A stretch of 64,000 nt of DNA from a virus: positions 19,484-83,483 of IMG/VR virus record IMGVR_UViG_3300013104_000004. The stretch is one strand, 5' to 3'. Both the position numbers and the translations under genes were made by a program. The notes below the pieces were generated by a model. That model did no database searches. It was not told the origin of the DNA and saw only the letters and a list, made by a program, of their open reading frames with translations. The first letter of the stretch is position 1, and every line of letters starts with the position of its first letter. Of this stretch, positions 17,991 to 26,052 are shown one piece after another.

Positions 17991-18456
17991 TCCCGCTCAC
18001 AGCTTCCGGCGCCTTTCTCACCGGAAGTTGCTTGTAGGTGAGAGGTGGCGCCGCGAAACGTGGGGAAGCGATCCGCGGCGCCATCTTCCAGTCTTCCCGA
18101 AAGAGTCATTCTTCCGGGCGCAATCCGTGAAAATCGACCCCACCGAAAGGAGGTAGGAAATGCCCTTCTTCCAGCACGCCGCCATATTACCGTGGCCGCT
18201 GCACACCTGATCGACAGATCCCGCAGCCCCGCGGGGGTGAGTGACAGGAATGTGCCCAGCCGGCCAAAACCAGGCACGACCGAGAAAGCGGCATCCGACT
18301 CAGCCGCACGGACTCGCCGGAGTTCCGGCCCATTGGGGAAGGGCGAATCGAACCGGCAACAGTTGACCAGCGCTGTAGACCACCCGTGCATCCCGGCACG
18401 GGCCCAAGGCTGGCACCGGGTAAGCCCCCTGCCGGTCAAGCACCTACAGAGCGGGA
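17991..18456 (+). ncRNA. candidate large structured ncRNA (~470 nt)
   Basis: long-range helices 17991-17998/18449-18456 and 18033-18040/18441-18448; more than 10 nested stems; GNRA loops; no long codon-biased ORF. Confidence 0.7.
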
Positions 18457-18557
18457 CGACGTGAGGCCTGCGAGCACCAGTAGCGCTGCTGGTGCTGAGC
18501 CTGGCTGACCTCCTCGTCCGACGCAGAGACCTAGCGAACCAGCACGGCGCTGACGTT

Positions 18558-18618
18558 CTGCATCCACCCCGACCTTCCGAGCTCGGGGTGGGTGTTGTTC
18601 GGCAGCCCCTGTCCGAAC
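18558..18618 (+). promoter_or_regulatory. two-hairpin RNA element, copy 2
   Basis: GCATCCACCCCGA/TCGGGGTGGGTGT, one unpaired T, then GTTCGG/CCGAAC. Confidence 0.55.
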
Positions 18619-18650
18619 CACCCGAACGACACCTAGAGAGTGAGCACCCC

Positions 18651-18758
18651 ATGCGTGACGACAAGCGCAAGGCCAAGCAGGAGCAGACCCGCCGGAACTT
18701 CGAGCGGACGATGAAGACGAAGCCCTACGTGGGCGCCGCCTCCACCGTCGAGATCTGA
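18651..18758 (+). CDS. small basic peptide
   Basis: MRDDKRKAKQEQTRRNFERTMK...; next gene starts 2 nt later. Confidence 0.55.
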   Translation: MRDDKRKAKQEQTRRNFERTMKTKPYVGAASTVEI

Positions 18759-18760
18759 CC

Positions 18761-19009
18761 ATGGTCACCCTCGACAAGTCGCCCGCCATCCTCCAGGTCC
18801 GGGTCGACGTGCCCTTCACCTACACGCTCACCGCCGGTCACTCGATCGTCGAGGCGTTCCTGGACCTGGACGAGTCCGACCAGCGTGCGGTCCTGCGCGG
18901 CGCGGCCATCGCCGTGCTCACCGGGCCGGAGGTTGACCTTCCGGGCCTGCTGGCGAAGATCAACGAGCAGGCCACGTGGGCCCGACTCGGGATCGGCGTG
19001 CCGCGGTGA
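18761..19009 (+). CDS. hypothetical protein
   Basis: codon bias; part of the operon. Confidence 0.7.
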   Translation: MVTLDKSPAILQVRVDVPFTYTLTAGHSIVEAFLDLDESDQRAVLRGAAIAVLTGPEVDLPGLLAKINEQATWARLGIGVPR

Positions 19010-19311
19010 GCGTCAGCCTGGCCAAGCGCCCGGTCATCCAGGGCCTGCTCTGGGTGTGCGACGACTGCCTCTTCGCCCGTGAGGGTGACGGGACCGAGGA
19101 CCCGCACTGCGAGCCCTGGAACCGTGAGCCCGACACGGACGTGACGCTCGGCGTCGCCTACGGCCATGACGGCTGTGAGCACTCGCCCTACGCGGACGAC
19201 TACGACGAGCACTCCGAGTCCTGCGAGATGCACACCTTCTCGTCCCGGTCCTGCGACGGCTGCGGCTGCCACCTGGCCGGCACGCGTCACGCCTACACCT
19301 GGTGGGCGTGA
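19006..19311 (+). CDS. Cys-rich hypothetical protein
   Basis: CDDC...FSSRSCDGCGCHLAGTRH. Confidence 0.75.
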   Translation: MSVSLAKRPVIQGLLWVCDDCLFAREGDGTEDPHCEPWNREPDTDVTLGVAYGHDGCEHSPYADDYDEHSESCEMHTFSSRSCDGCGCHLAGTRHAYTWWA

Positions 19312-19442
19312 TGACCGGGAAGCACGTAGACACGGACCGGCCGCTGATCGTCGTGGACGTCGCCTACCGGGGGTACGTCCTGGAGTGGGCCTGGGGGACG
19401 CGCAAGCGCCCCCCCCACTGGGCGCGGTGTGCCTGTGGCTGA
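19311..19442 (+). CDS. small hypothetical protein
   Basis: TGATG coupling; MTGKHVDTDRPLIVVDV... Confidence 0.5.
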   Translation: MTGKHVDTDRPLIVVDVAYRGYVLEWAWGTRKRPPHWARCACG

Positions 19443-19581
19443 CTTCGAGCGCCTGGCTGCCGGTCTGTCGGACTACGACCGCACCACCTTGGAGTACCTG
19501 TTCTTCTCCGGCATCCGCGGTCCTGTTCTGGAACGCGTCGCCGCATCCCTTCGACCTTCGAGAAACGGAACCCCAGCATGA
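19435..19581 (+). CDS. small hypothetical protein
   Basis: VADFERLAAGLSDYDRTTLEYLFFSG...; ATGA-coupled to the next gene. Confidence 0.5.
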   Translation: MADFERLAAGLSDYDRTTLEYLFFSGIRGPVLERVAASLRPSRNGTPA

Positions 19582-19904
19582 GTCACGCCTACCCGGACGG
19601 CTTCATCTACACCGGCACGGTGAGCCACGGAACCCTGCGCTCCGAGGACCTGATCGCCACCTTCCTGCCGATCCTGTGCAACCTCGACCGGAACACGGCC
19701 AATCAGGTCGGTGACGGCGAGCACGACGAGGCGATCATCGAGACCGTGCCGTACCCGCTGCCGGACGAGCTGCTGGAGCCTGCCTCCGAACTGGCCCTGT
19801 GGCTCATCGAGAAGCTGGACGCTGCGGCGCCTGAGGGCTTCTACTTCGGCGCCCACGAGGGCGACGGCTCCGACTTCGGCTTCTGGCCCATCGAGGACGA
19901 CTGA
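19578..19904 (+). CDS. acidic hypothetical protein
   Basis: GTVSHGTLRSEDLI...APEGFYFGAHEGDGSDFGFW, a recurrent early-region phage protein. Confidence 0.8.
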   Translation: MSHAYPDGFIYTGTVSHGTLRSEDLIATFLPILCNLDRNTANQVGDGEHDEAIIETVPYPLPDELLEPASELALWLIEKLDAAAPEGFYFGAHEGDGSDFGFWPIEDD

Positions 19905-20263
19905 TGGGCGCCCGCGTCGTCACGAACCACCACATCCGGCGCCTGCGCTCCTGGCAGGACCTTCCGGCCGACGCCCGCCCGGACTTCGACTACGTCGAGG
20001 AGGACGAGCGCTGGTCCGACCGCTTCGTCGAGTACCGCGGCGCCTGGCACGACGTCATGGACGCCCAGGTGCTCGGTGACGGCCGACCTTTCGGATGGCC
20101 GATCGCTCCCGACTCGCCCCTCCAGGGATGGAACGCCGCTGCCAGCGACTCCGCCTGGACCGCGACCATCTTCCGCTGGCCCACCGAGGTGGAGATCTTC
20201 CGCCACGACCTGTACTCCGACCGCGACGGCTACATCATCGTCGGTCGCTACATCTCCGACTGA
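19904..20263 (+). CDS. hypothetical protein
   Basis: TGATG coupling. Confidence 0.75.
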   Translation: MGARVVTNHHIRRLRSWQDLPADARPDFDYVEEDERWSDRFVEYRGAWHDVMDAQVLGDGRPFGWPIAPDSPLQGWNAAASDSAWTATIFRWPTEVEIFRHDLYSDRDGYIIVGRYISD

Positions 20264-20274
20264 GAGAGGCACGC

Positions 20275-20730
20275 ATGATGCTCACCTTGCGCATCCCGCC
20301 CGGCGCGACGCACGCCTGCTACGGCAAGCTCGTCGACGCCGCCGGCCGCCCGCACGATCTGGACAAGGTCATGGAGTGGGGCACCGCGATCCGCGTGCGG
20401 ATCGAGGGGGACCAGACCTTCGTGGACACCGGCGTCCGGGACCGGACCGTGCCCGACCTGCTGGCCTTCTCGTACCCCGACGGCTCGCATCTTCCAGGGA
20501 CCGACACCGACCTCCAGGACCAGGCCCAGGCCTACGGGTGGGACGGTCTACTGACCGGCTTCACCGGGCAGTACGGCTACGGGGGGCCGTGCATGCACGC
20601 TTCGGAGTTCGTCGGCGGTGGGCTGGCCGACCACATCCTGACCACACCCGGCCTGTATGCCGTGACCGAGATCAGCGAGGACGACGGCGAGCCGGAGTCC
20701 TGGGCGATCGCCTACAAGGCCGCCGAGTGA
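20275..20730 (+). CDS. hypothetical protein
   Basis: GFTGQYGYGGPCMHASEFVGGGLADHILTTPG motif. Confidence 0.75.
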   Translation: MMLTLRIPPGATHACYGKLVDAAGRPHDLDKVMEWGTAIRVRIEGDQTFVDTGVRDRTVPDLLAFSYPDGSHLPGTDTDLQDQAQAYGWDGLLTGFTGQYGYGGPCMHASEFVGGGLADHILTTPGLYAVTEISEDDGEPESWAIAYKAAE

Positions 20731-20849
20731 CCCGCCGCTACCTCGCCATCCGCGCCTGCGTGCGCTTCCTGGTGGGCTTGACCTTCGCGGTCGCCTTCCT
20801 GTTCGTGACCGGCCTGCCGGTCTTCCTGCTCGGAGCCAACCCCTCCTGA
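20727..20849 (+). CDS. small membrane protein
   Basis: single hydrophobic segment; GTGA coupling. Confidence 0.55.
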   Translation: MTRRYLAIRACVRFLVGLTFAVAFLFVTGLPVFLLGANPS

Positions 20850-20886
20850 GCGATTCCGCCACCGTGAGCACCTGCCCACAGATCCA

Positions 20887-20955
20887 CTGCACCCCGGTCC
20901 GCCCTTCGGCGCCGGGGTTGCTTGTTGATGAGGGCCGCGTTCGCGGCACACGACG
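20887..20955 (+). promoter_or_regulatory. two-hairpin RNA element, divergent copy 3
   Basis: CTGCA-CCCCGG/CCGGGG-TGC, T, TGTTG...CGACG with UUCG loops; upstream of ardA. Confidence 0.4.
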
Positions 20956-20974
20956 TCCCTTGAAAGGGGAGCAC

Positions 20975-21571
20975 GTGAGCACCACGACGACTGACACGAC
21001 GCCTCGCGTCTGGATCGGATCCCTGGCCGCCTACAACGCTGGCGACCTGCTGGGCGACTGGTTCGAGGCGATCGACTGCCCGACCGACGCTACCGAGTGG
21101 GTCACGCAGATGATCGCCCGCGGGCAGATCCCCGCCGGCGACGACTGGTACCTGACCGCCCTCATTCAGCGCCACGAGGAGATCTGGGTCTTCGACCACG
21201 ACAACTTCCTCGGCCTGCTGAAGGGCGAGTGCTCGCCTTCCGAGGCCCAGCGCCTGGCCCAGCTGCTCGACGACGTGCAGGACGACCAGCGCGCCGCCTT
21301 CGGCGCCTGGGTCGGTGAGGGCAACGAGCCCGACACCTTCGAGGACCACTTCCATGGCGTCCACGAGTCCTTCCGGGACTACCTCAACGACTTCGTGCCC
21401 GACGTGCCGGACGAGCGTCCGCCGTCGTGGGACCACGAGGCCTGCGCCCGCCACGACGCCGCCGAGTTCTTCCGGCGGTACTTCGACTGGGCGGCCTACG
21501 TGCGCGAGATGGAGCACGAGTACACCGTCATCCGCCTGGGAACCGACCAGTACGCGGTGTTCTCCGCATGA
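20975..21571 (+). CDS. ardA: ArdA-family antirestriction protein
   Basis: PRVWIGSLAAYNAGDLLGDW...EEIWVFDHDN...RYFDWAAYVRE; acidic. Confidence 0.85.
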   Translation: MSTTTTDTTPRVWIGSLAAYNAGDLLGDWFEAIDCPTDATEWVTQMIARGQIPAGDDWYLTALIQRHEEIWVFDHDNFLGLLKGECSPSEAQRLAQLLDDVQDDQRAAFGAWVGEGNEPDTFEDHFHGVHESFRDYLNDFVPDVPDERPPSWDHEACARHDAAEFFRRYFDWAAYVREMEHEYTVIRLGTDQYAVFSA

Positions 21572-22128
21572 GCGCCGACGCCTGGGTGACCCCGATCAAG
21601 GATCTCGGCATCGCGCCGGGCGACTCCTGGTTCGACCGGGGCGACGGGGAGGTCTTCAGCGACGTCGAGGTGGTCCACTCTGACGACGGGACCTTCCGGA
21701 TGGAGGGCCGCCTGACCTGCGTGAACTTCCTGCAGGGCTTCGCCGAGATGCACGACGCCTCCCGGCGCTGCCGCCTCTATCTCATGCCCGGCATGCGCTG
21801 CTGCGCCGACTCCGGGCACGACGGGTCATGCCGGAACTTCGAGGACTTCGCGAGCGACTGGCTCAACGAGCGCCTCGACAAGATCGAGGCCTTCTTCGGG
21901 ACCCGCTACGCCGGCCTGGAGTGGGACGGCGGGTGCGATCAGTGGTCGGACCAGCACTTCATCTTCAGCGTGCCCGTCTCGCCGGACCAGACGCCCGAGG
22001 ACGCCTTCGACGCCCTCTGGAACGCCACCGGCGCGGTCCCGCTCTACAACGAGCTCGACGCCGGCACGTACGGCTGCGAGTACGTCTGGCGCGTCCTGCG
22101 CGACCACCTTCAGCGAACGGAGTCCTGA
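21568..22128 (+). CDS. acidic hypothetical protein
   Basis: ATGA coupling. Confidence 0.7.
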   Translation: MSADAWVTPIKDLGIAPGDSWFDRGDGEVFSDVEVVHSDDGTFRMEGRLTCVNFLQGFAEMHDASRRCRLYLMPGMRCCADSGHDGSCRNFEDFASDWLNERLDKIEAFFGTRYAGLEWDGGCDQWSDQHFIFSVPVSPDQTPEDAFDALWNATGAVPLYNELDAGTYGCEYVWRVLRDHLQRTES

Positions 22129-22130
22129 CC

Positions 22131-23036
22131 ATGCGCGCTCACGCCTTCCGGGAGACGCACTTCACCGGCAACATCATCTGCGACCGCTGCGGCCTGCTGC
22201 CCCTCGACAGCGAGGACAGCGACAGCGCCTGCCCTCGCACCCTCGCTGAGTTGAGGGACGAGATCCTGGCCAACCTCGACGAGACGTACGACCTGGTCTT
22301 CGTCGCGTACGACGACAAGTTGACCGACGAGCAGACCGCCGCCCTGGTGCGCGGCGACTTCGAGGCGATCTGGGACTCCACCGACGAGTGGACCTGCGAC
22401 TCCAGCCACGAGGGCGCCAAGTACCACATCGCGGAGCACCTTGCCGACGCGATCCGCACCTTCGAGGCGGCGGACGATGACGACTACACCGACCTCTCGG
22501 ACTCCTTCGAGTTCTCCGCGGAGTACGACGAGGTGCGCGAGCTGATCATGGACCGCGACGCCGGCCAGTGGTTCGACGAGTTGATCGGCAACACGCCCGA
22601 TCCGCTCCTTCGGGTGCCGCTCGTCGACGAGGACCACGCGCTCGAACCGAGCATCGCCACGCCGGCCGACGTGCTCACCGCCTGCGGCTTGCCGCACACG
22701 CCGGGCAACGTCCAACTCGCGAACGACCTGCTGGCCAACGTGCCCTCCAGCGTCGGGATGATCTACGCCCTCGCGACGGTGGACCTGGCCGTCGTGAACA
22801 TGATCCCGTCCGACGCCTTCGCGACGATCACCGGTCCGCACCTGCTGATGGGCAACCCGTTCGCGGGGGCCTACCACGCGGAGGGTCCCTTCGAGGGCTC
22901 GGTGAGCGTGGAGCGGGATGACCTTCGCACGGACCGCGACGCCTTCGGGTGCTCCTGGGACGAGTGCGCCGGGCTCGCCTCGGTCAGCTACTACGCGGCC
23001 GAGATTGCGGCGGCGCAGATCGAGGTGGCCGCGTGA
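22131..23036 (+). CDS. highly acidic hypothetical protein
   Basis: GGAG RBS; Asp/Glu-rich. Confidence 0.75.
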   Translation: MRAHAFRETHFTGNIICDRCGLLPLDSEDSDSACPRTLAELRDEILANLDETYDLVFVAYDDKLTDEQTAALVRGDFEAIWDSTDEWTCDSSHEGAKYHIAEHLADAIRTFEAADDDDYTDLSDSFEFSAEYDEVRELIMDRDAGQWFDELIGNTPDPLLRVPLVDEDHALEPSIATPADVLTACGLPHTPGNVQLANDLLANVPSSVGMIYALATVDLAVVNMIPSDAFATITGPHLLMGNPFAGAYHAEGPFEGSVSVERDDLRTDRDAFGCSWDECAGLASVSYYAAEIAAAQIEVAA

Positions 23037-23425
23037 GGACCTTCGAGCCGAAGAAGACCTTCATCACGGGGGAGTGGCTCCACGACCTCGACCCCCGACC
23101 CGCCTTCGAGGGCTACCTCTACGGCTACTGGAACGGGTGGGCCAGATGGACCACCACGCGCGCCGTCATCGAGCGCTTCCTCGTGGTCCACCACGAGACC
23201 ACCGACGCGGAACTCCCGATCTGGACCTTCGACGGCGACGTGCTCGTCGTGCACCCGCTCGACGAGGACGACGACGAGATCCGCATCGAGCCCGAGGGCG
23301 ACCTCTACGACGTCAGCCTCGGCTACGTCTGGGAAGAGGTCCGCTACTTCCCGGGCACCAACATCCAGCCCTACGACCTCACGGGGACGGCGCTCGCCGT
23401 CGTCACCGTGCCGGAGACACCGTGA
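23033..23425 (+). CDS. acidic hypothetical protein
   Basis: FEGY...WNGWA motif. Confidence 0.7.
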   Translation: MRTFEPKKTFITGEWLHDLDPRPAFEGYLYGYWNGWARWTTTRAVIERFLVVHHETTDAELPIWTFDGDVLVVHPLDEDDDEIRIEPEGDLYDVSLGYVWEEVRYFPGTNIQPYDLTGTALAVVTVPETP

Positions 23426-24426
23426 ACGCACCCCTGTCCTACGCCTCGACGTTCACCGGTATCGGTGGCTTCGAGGTCGGCTTCGACTCGATGGGCTGGG
23501 AGAACCGGCTCATGGTCGAGGTCAACGACCACTGCCGGACGATCCTCGCCCGGCACTTCCCGAACACACCCCTGATGGGAGACATCCGTGACGTTCCCGG
23601 ATCCGCGCTCGACCGCCCCGACGTCCTCGTCGGCGGCTTCCCTTGCCAGGACACCAGCGTCGCCGCACCCCACCGTGCTGGGCTCGCTGGCGCTCGCTCC
23701 GGTCTCTTCTGGGAGTTCCACCGACTCCTCGACGAGCACCTCCGACTCGTCGACGAAGCGCGACCCCGGTGGGTCGTCATCGAGAACCCCGAAGGGCTTC
23801 TCCGAAGTAACGAGGGACGGGACGCAGCCGCCGTCTTCGGTGGTCTGGAAGACCTCGGGTATGGGTGGTCCTACCGGGTGGTGGACGGGGGACACCTCGG
23901 CACAGCCCAGCGACGCCGTCGAGTTCTCGTGGTCGGCCATCGTGGAGGAGACCCCCGACCCGCATGGGCCGTTCTGGGTGACCCCGACGGTGGCGGCGAA
24001 GCTCCTGGCGCGCGTCGCCTCGGCCGGGCCCAAGGCGGACCCCGCTCTGCTCCAGGCCCTGTCGGACCTGCTGGAGCCGTGATCTGGCGCAAGTCCGCCC
24101 GAGCCCGCAAGTCGATCGCCGCTGGCGGTTACGAGACGTGGGTGCCTGCGGACTTCGCCAACACCCTCACCGGCTTCGACGGCGGTGGCCCGGACCGCCA
24201 GACGCACCTGGTCGCGCAGCACGGCGGCCTTCGCGCCTTCACCCCGACGGAGTGGGAGCGCCTGCAGGGCTTCGCCGACGGCTGGACCGACGGCATGCCC
24301 GCATCCGCGCGGTGGACCGCCCTCGGCAACGCCGTGCACACCGGCACGTCGGCCTGGCTGGCGCGCCGCCTCGACGCGGTGCACCACCGCATCCCGCAGA
24401 TCAACCCGGCGCTCGCCAGCGCCTGA
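23422..24426 (+). CDS. DNA (cytosine-5)-methyltransferase
   Basis: FTGIGG (motif I), GGFPCQD (IV), ENPEG (VI), QRRRR (VIII), ERLQGF, LGNAV (X). Confidence 0.92.
   Translation: MNAPLSYASTFTGIGGFEVGFDSMGWENRLMVEVNDHCRTILARHFPNTPLMGDIRDVPGSALDRPDVLVGGFPCQDTSVAAPHRAGLAGARSGLFWEFHRLLDEHLRLVDEARPRWVVIENPEGLLRSNEGRDAAAVFGGLEDLGYGWSYRVVDGGHLGTAQRRRRVLVVGHRGGDPRPAWAVLGDPDGGGEAPGARRLGRAQGGPRSAPGPVGPAGAVIWRKSARARKSIAAGGYETWVPADFANTLTGFDGGGPDRQTHLVAQHGGLRAFTPTEWERLQGFADGWTDGMPASARWTALGNAVHTGTSAWLARRLDAVHHRIPQINPALASA
23588..24082 (+). CDS. nested alternative-frame ORF resembling beta polypeptides of two-chain C5-methyltransferases
   Basis: SGMGGPTGWWT...SDAVEFSWSAIVEE...FWVTPTVAAKLLAR...PALLQAL. Confidence 0.55.
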   Translation: MTFPDPRSTAPTSSSAASLARTPASPHPTVLGSLALAPVSSGSSTDSSTSTSDSSTKRDPGGSSSRTPKGFSEVTRDGTQPPSSVVWKTSGMGGPTGWWTGDTSAQPSDAVEFSWSAIVEETPDPHGPFWVTPTVAAKLLARVASAGPKADPALLQALSDLLEP

Positions 24427-24436
24427 GAGGACCAAC

Positions 24437-24847
24437 ATGATCGCCCCACACGAGGCGGCAGCGACCTTCAATGCCGCGACCGCCGCCGTCCGTGCGACGG
24501 CGTGGAGTCTCGAACAGGAGGCCGCGCTCGCCGCCGTGCGACTCCTCGCCGCACACGCCCTCGACGCGGTGCCCGACGCAACGCACCTGCTCATCGAGTC
24601 CTCCGACCAGGGCAACTACATGATGTGCACGGCCGGCTCGGTCGAGCGCGACGGCGTGACCGTCGCCAGTGGGACCGACTGGGACGACAGGTGCGAGCTA
24701 CACGACCTCGACGCCGCCGCTTCCTGGCTCACATGGGGTGCCGCGGCCTGGGAGCAGTACGCCGACCCTTTCCACCCGTACACGAACATGCGCGGCGGCT
24801 ACGTCGCGCTCGACCTGCGGCGCATTGCCGCTGACCAGGAGGCCTGA
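24437..24847 (+). CDS. hypothetical protein
   Basis: GAGAGG RBS. Confidence 0.7.
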   Translation: MIAPHEAAATFNAATAAVRATAWSLEQEAALAAVRLLAAHALDAVPDATHLLIESSDQGNYMMCTAGSVERDGVTVASGTDWDDRCELHDLDAAASWLTWGAAAWEQYADPFHPYTNMRGGYVALDLRRIAADQEA

Positions 24848-25008
24848 TGCACACCGACGAGGACAGCATTCTGGCGATCGTCGACCAGCAGGGCTGGAAC
24901 GACGCGACCCTCCTGGCCCTCATGGGCGAGTTCATCTACCGCCACCCGCGGCGCACGCGCCGCTTCCTGGAGTACGTCCGCCGAGTCCAGCGCGAGGAGA
25001 ACGCCTGA
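24847..25008 (+). CDS. small hypothetical protein
   Basis: TGATG coupling at both ends; QQGWNDATLL. Confidence 0.65.
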   Translation: MHTDEDSILAIVDQQGWNDATLLALMGEFIYRHPRRTRRFLEYVRRVQREENA

Positions 25009-25319
25009 TGCCCACCCTGAACGACCTGACCGTCACCTTCGACGAACGTGACGACCTGACCGTCGGCACCTTCGTCGGCTACAACGGCCGCTGCGAGGTC
25101 CGCGTCGTCACGTCCAGCGCGACCGTCTACTTCACCGAGGACCACTTCCTGGCCCTCTTCAACGAGCTCGGCAAGCACCTGTTCCGCTCCTTCGAGATCG
25201 AGGCCTTCGACGACGCCCACGGGCACAACGTCAGCCTGAGGACGACGCCGCTTCTCGACGAGGACGTGCACGTCACGCTCAACGGCGAGGTGCTCTTCAA
25301 GGGCGAGGTGACCCGGTGA
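25008..25319 (+). CDS. hypothetical protein
   Basis: coupled to neighbours. Confidence 0.7.
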   Translation: MPTLNDLTVTFDERDDLTVGTFVGYNGRCEVRVVTSSATVYFTEDHFLALFNELGKHLFRSFEIEAFDDAHGHNVSLRTTPLLDEDVHVTLNGEVLFKGEVTR

Positions 25320-25558
25320 CGATCCAGTCCGACCGCGTCATCAGCGCCGCCGTCGACCTGCTGGGCCTGCCCGGTGACCGACCGTTCCAGAGCCCGGAGT
25401 ACCAGCGGGCCATCGTCGAGATGACCACGAGCCTGGTCTCGGACGCACCCTTCCACGACGTCGTCGAAGACGGCGACGAGCGCAAGGCGATCGTCGCCAC
25501 GCTCCTCGGCGTGCCGCCCGAGCCCGACCTTCGCAGCCCGCTCGACGGGTTGCTGTAG
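25316..25558 (+). CDS. hypothetical protein
   Basis: coupled; PEYQRAIVE motif. Confidence 0.7.
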   Translation: MTIQSDRVISAAVDLLGLPGDRPFQSPEYQRAIVEMTTSLVSDAPFHDVVEDGDERKAIVATLLGVPPEPDLRSPLDGLL

Positions 25559-25601
25559 CGCCCCCCGACCAGACAACCTCCCCCTTCCCCAGGAGCCAGG
25601 A

Positions 25602-25838
25602 ATGCCCAGCACGAACGAGAACCGCGACAAGGCGCCGAGCGACGACGCCGTCCGCCTTGTCGGTGCGGTCGCCGCGAGCGACGCCATCGCACACATGACC
25701 GCCATCTCGACCTTCAACCTGGCCACCGCGGTCAGAGCGTTGCAGTCGGGCATGGGCGGCACGCTCACGTTCCACCTGCCCAGCCAGCGCGGCAAGGCCG
25801 CGCAGGTCGTCTACGAGGGCTTGGCGCCGACGCGCTGA
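25602..25838 (+). CDS. hypothetical protein
   Basis: AGGAG RBS. Confidence 0.65.
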   Translation: MPSTNENRDKAPSDDAVRLVGAVAASDAIAHMTAISTFNLATAVRALQSGMGGTLTFHLPSQRGKAAQVVYEGLAPTR

Positions 25839-25863
25839 GCACCTGCCCAGAAAGGAGTGCGAG

Positions 25864-26052
25864 ATGGTCTGCCCCGTCTGCGGTGGCGCGCCCGTCGAGT
25901 CGGTGGTCTACGACTACCTGACGTGCACGAAGTGTCGGGAGCTCCTGAGTCCCGGCGAGCTGGTCCGGCGCAAGACGCGCCGGACCCGCGTCCGCTACGC
26001 CCGGGCCAACGGGCACACCAAGCACTACGGCACGAAGAAGGAGACGTCGTGA
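25864..26052 (+). CDS. zinc-ribbon protein
   Basis: CPVC...CTKC; AAAGGAG RBS. Confidence 0.7.
   Translation: MVCPVCGGAPVESVVYDYLTCTKCRELLSPGELVRRKTRRTRVRYARANGHTKHYGTKKETS

Noticed and set aside
17900-18650. tmRNA, RNase P, or group I/II intron identity for the large RNA
   Set aside because: No tRNA-like ends or tag ORF, no GAGGAAAGUCC, no P7 GACUA/UAGUC core in the right context and no domain V; the flanking ORFs are not interrupted
17984-18676. ORFs 17984..18676 (-) and 18045..18464 (+)
   Set aside because: No GC3 bias or RBS; Arg/Ser/Pro-rich shadow translations
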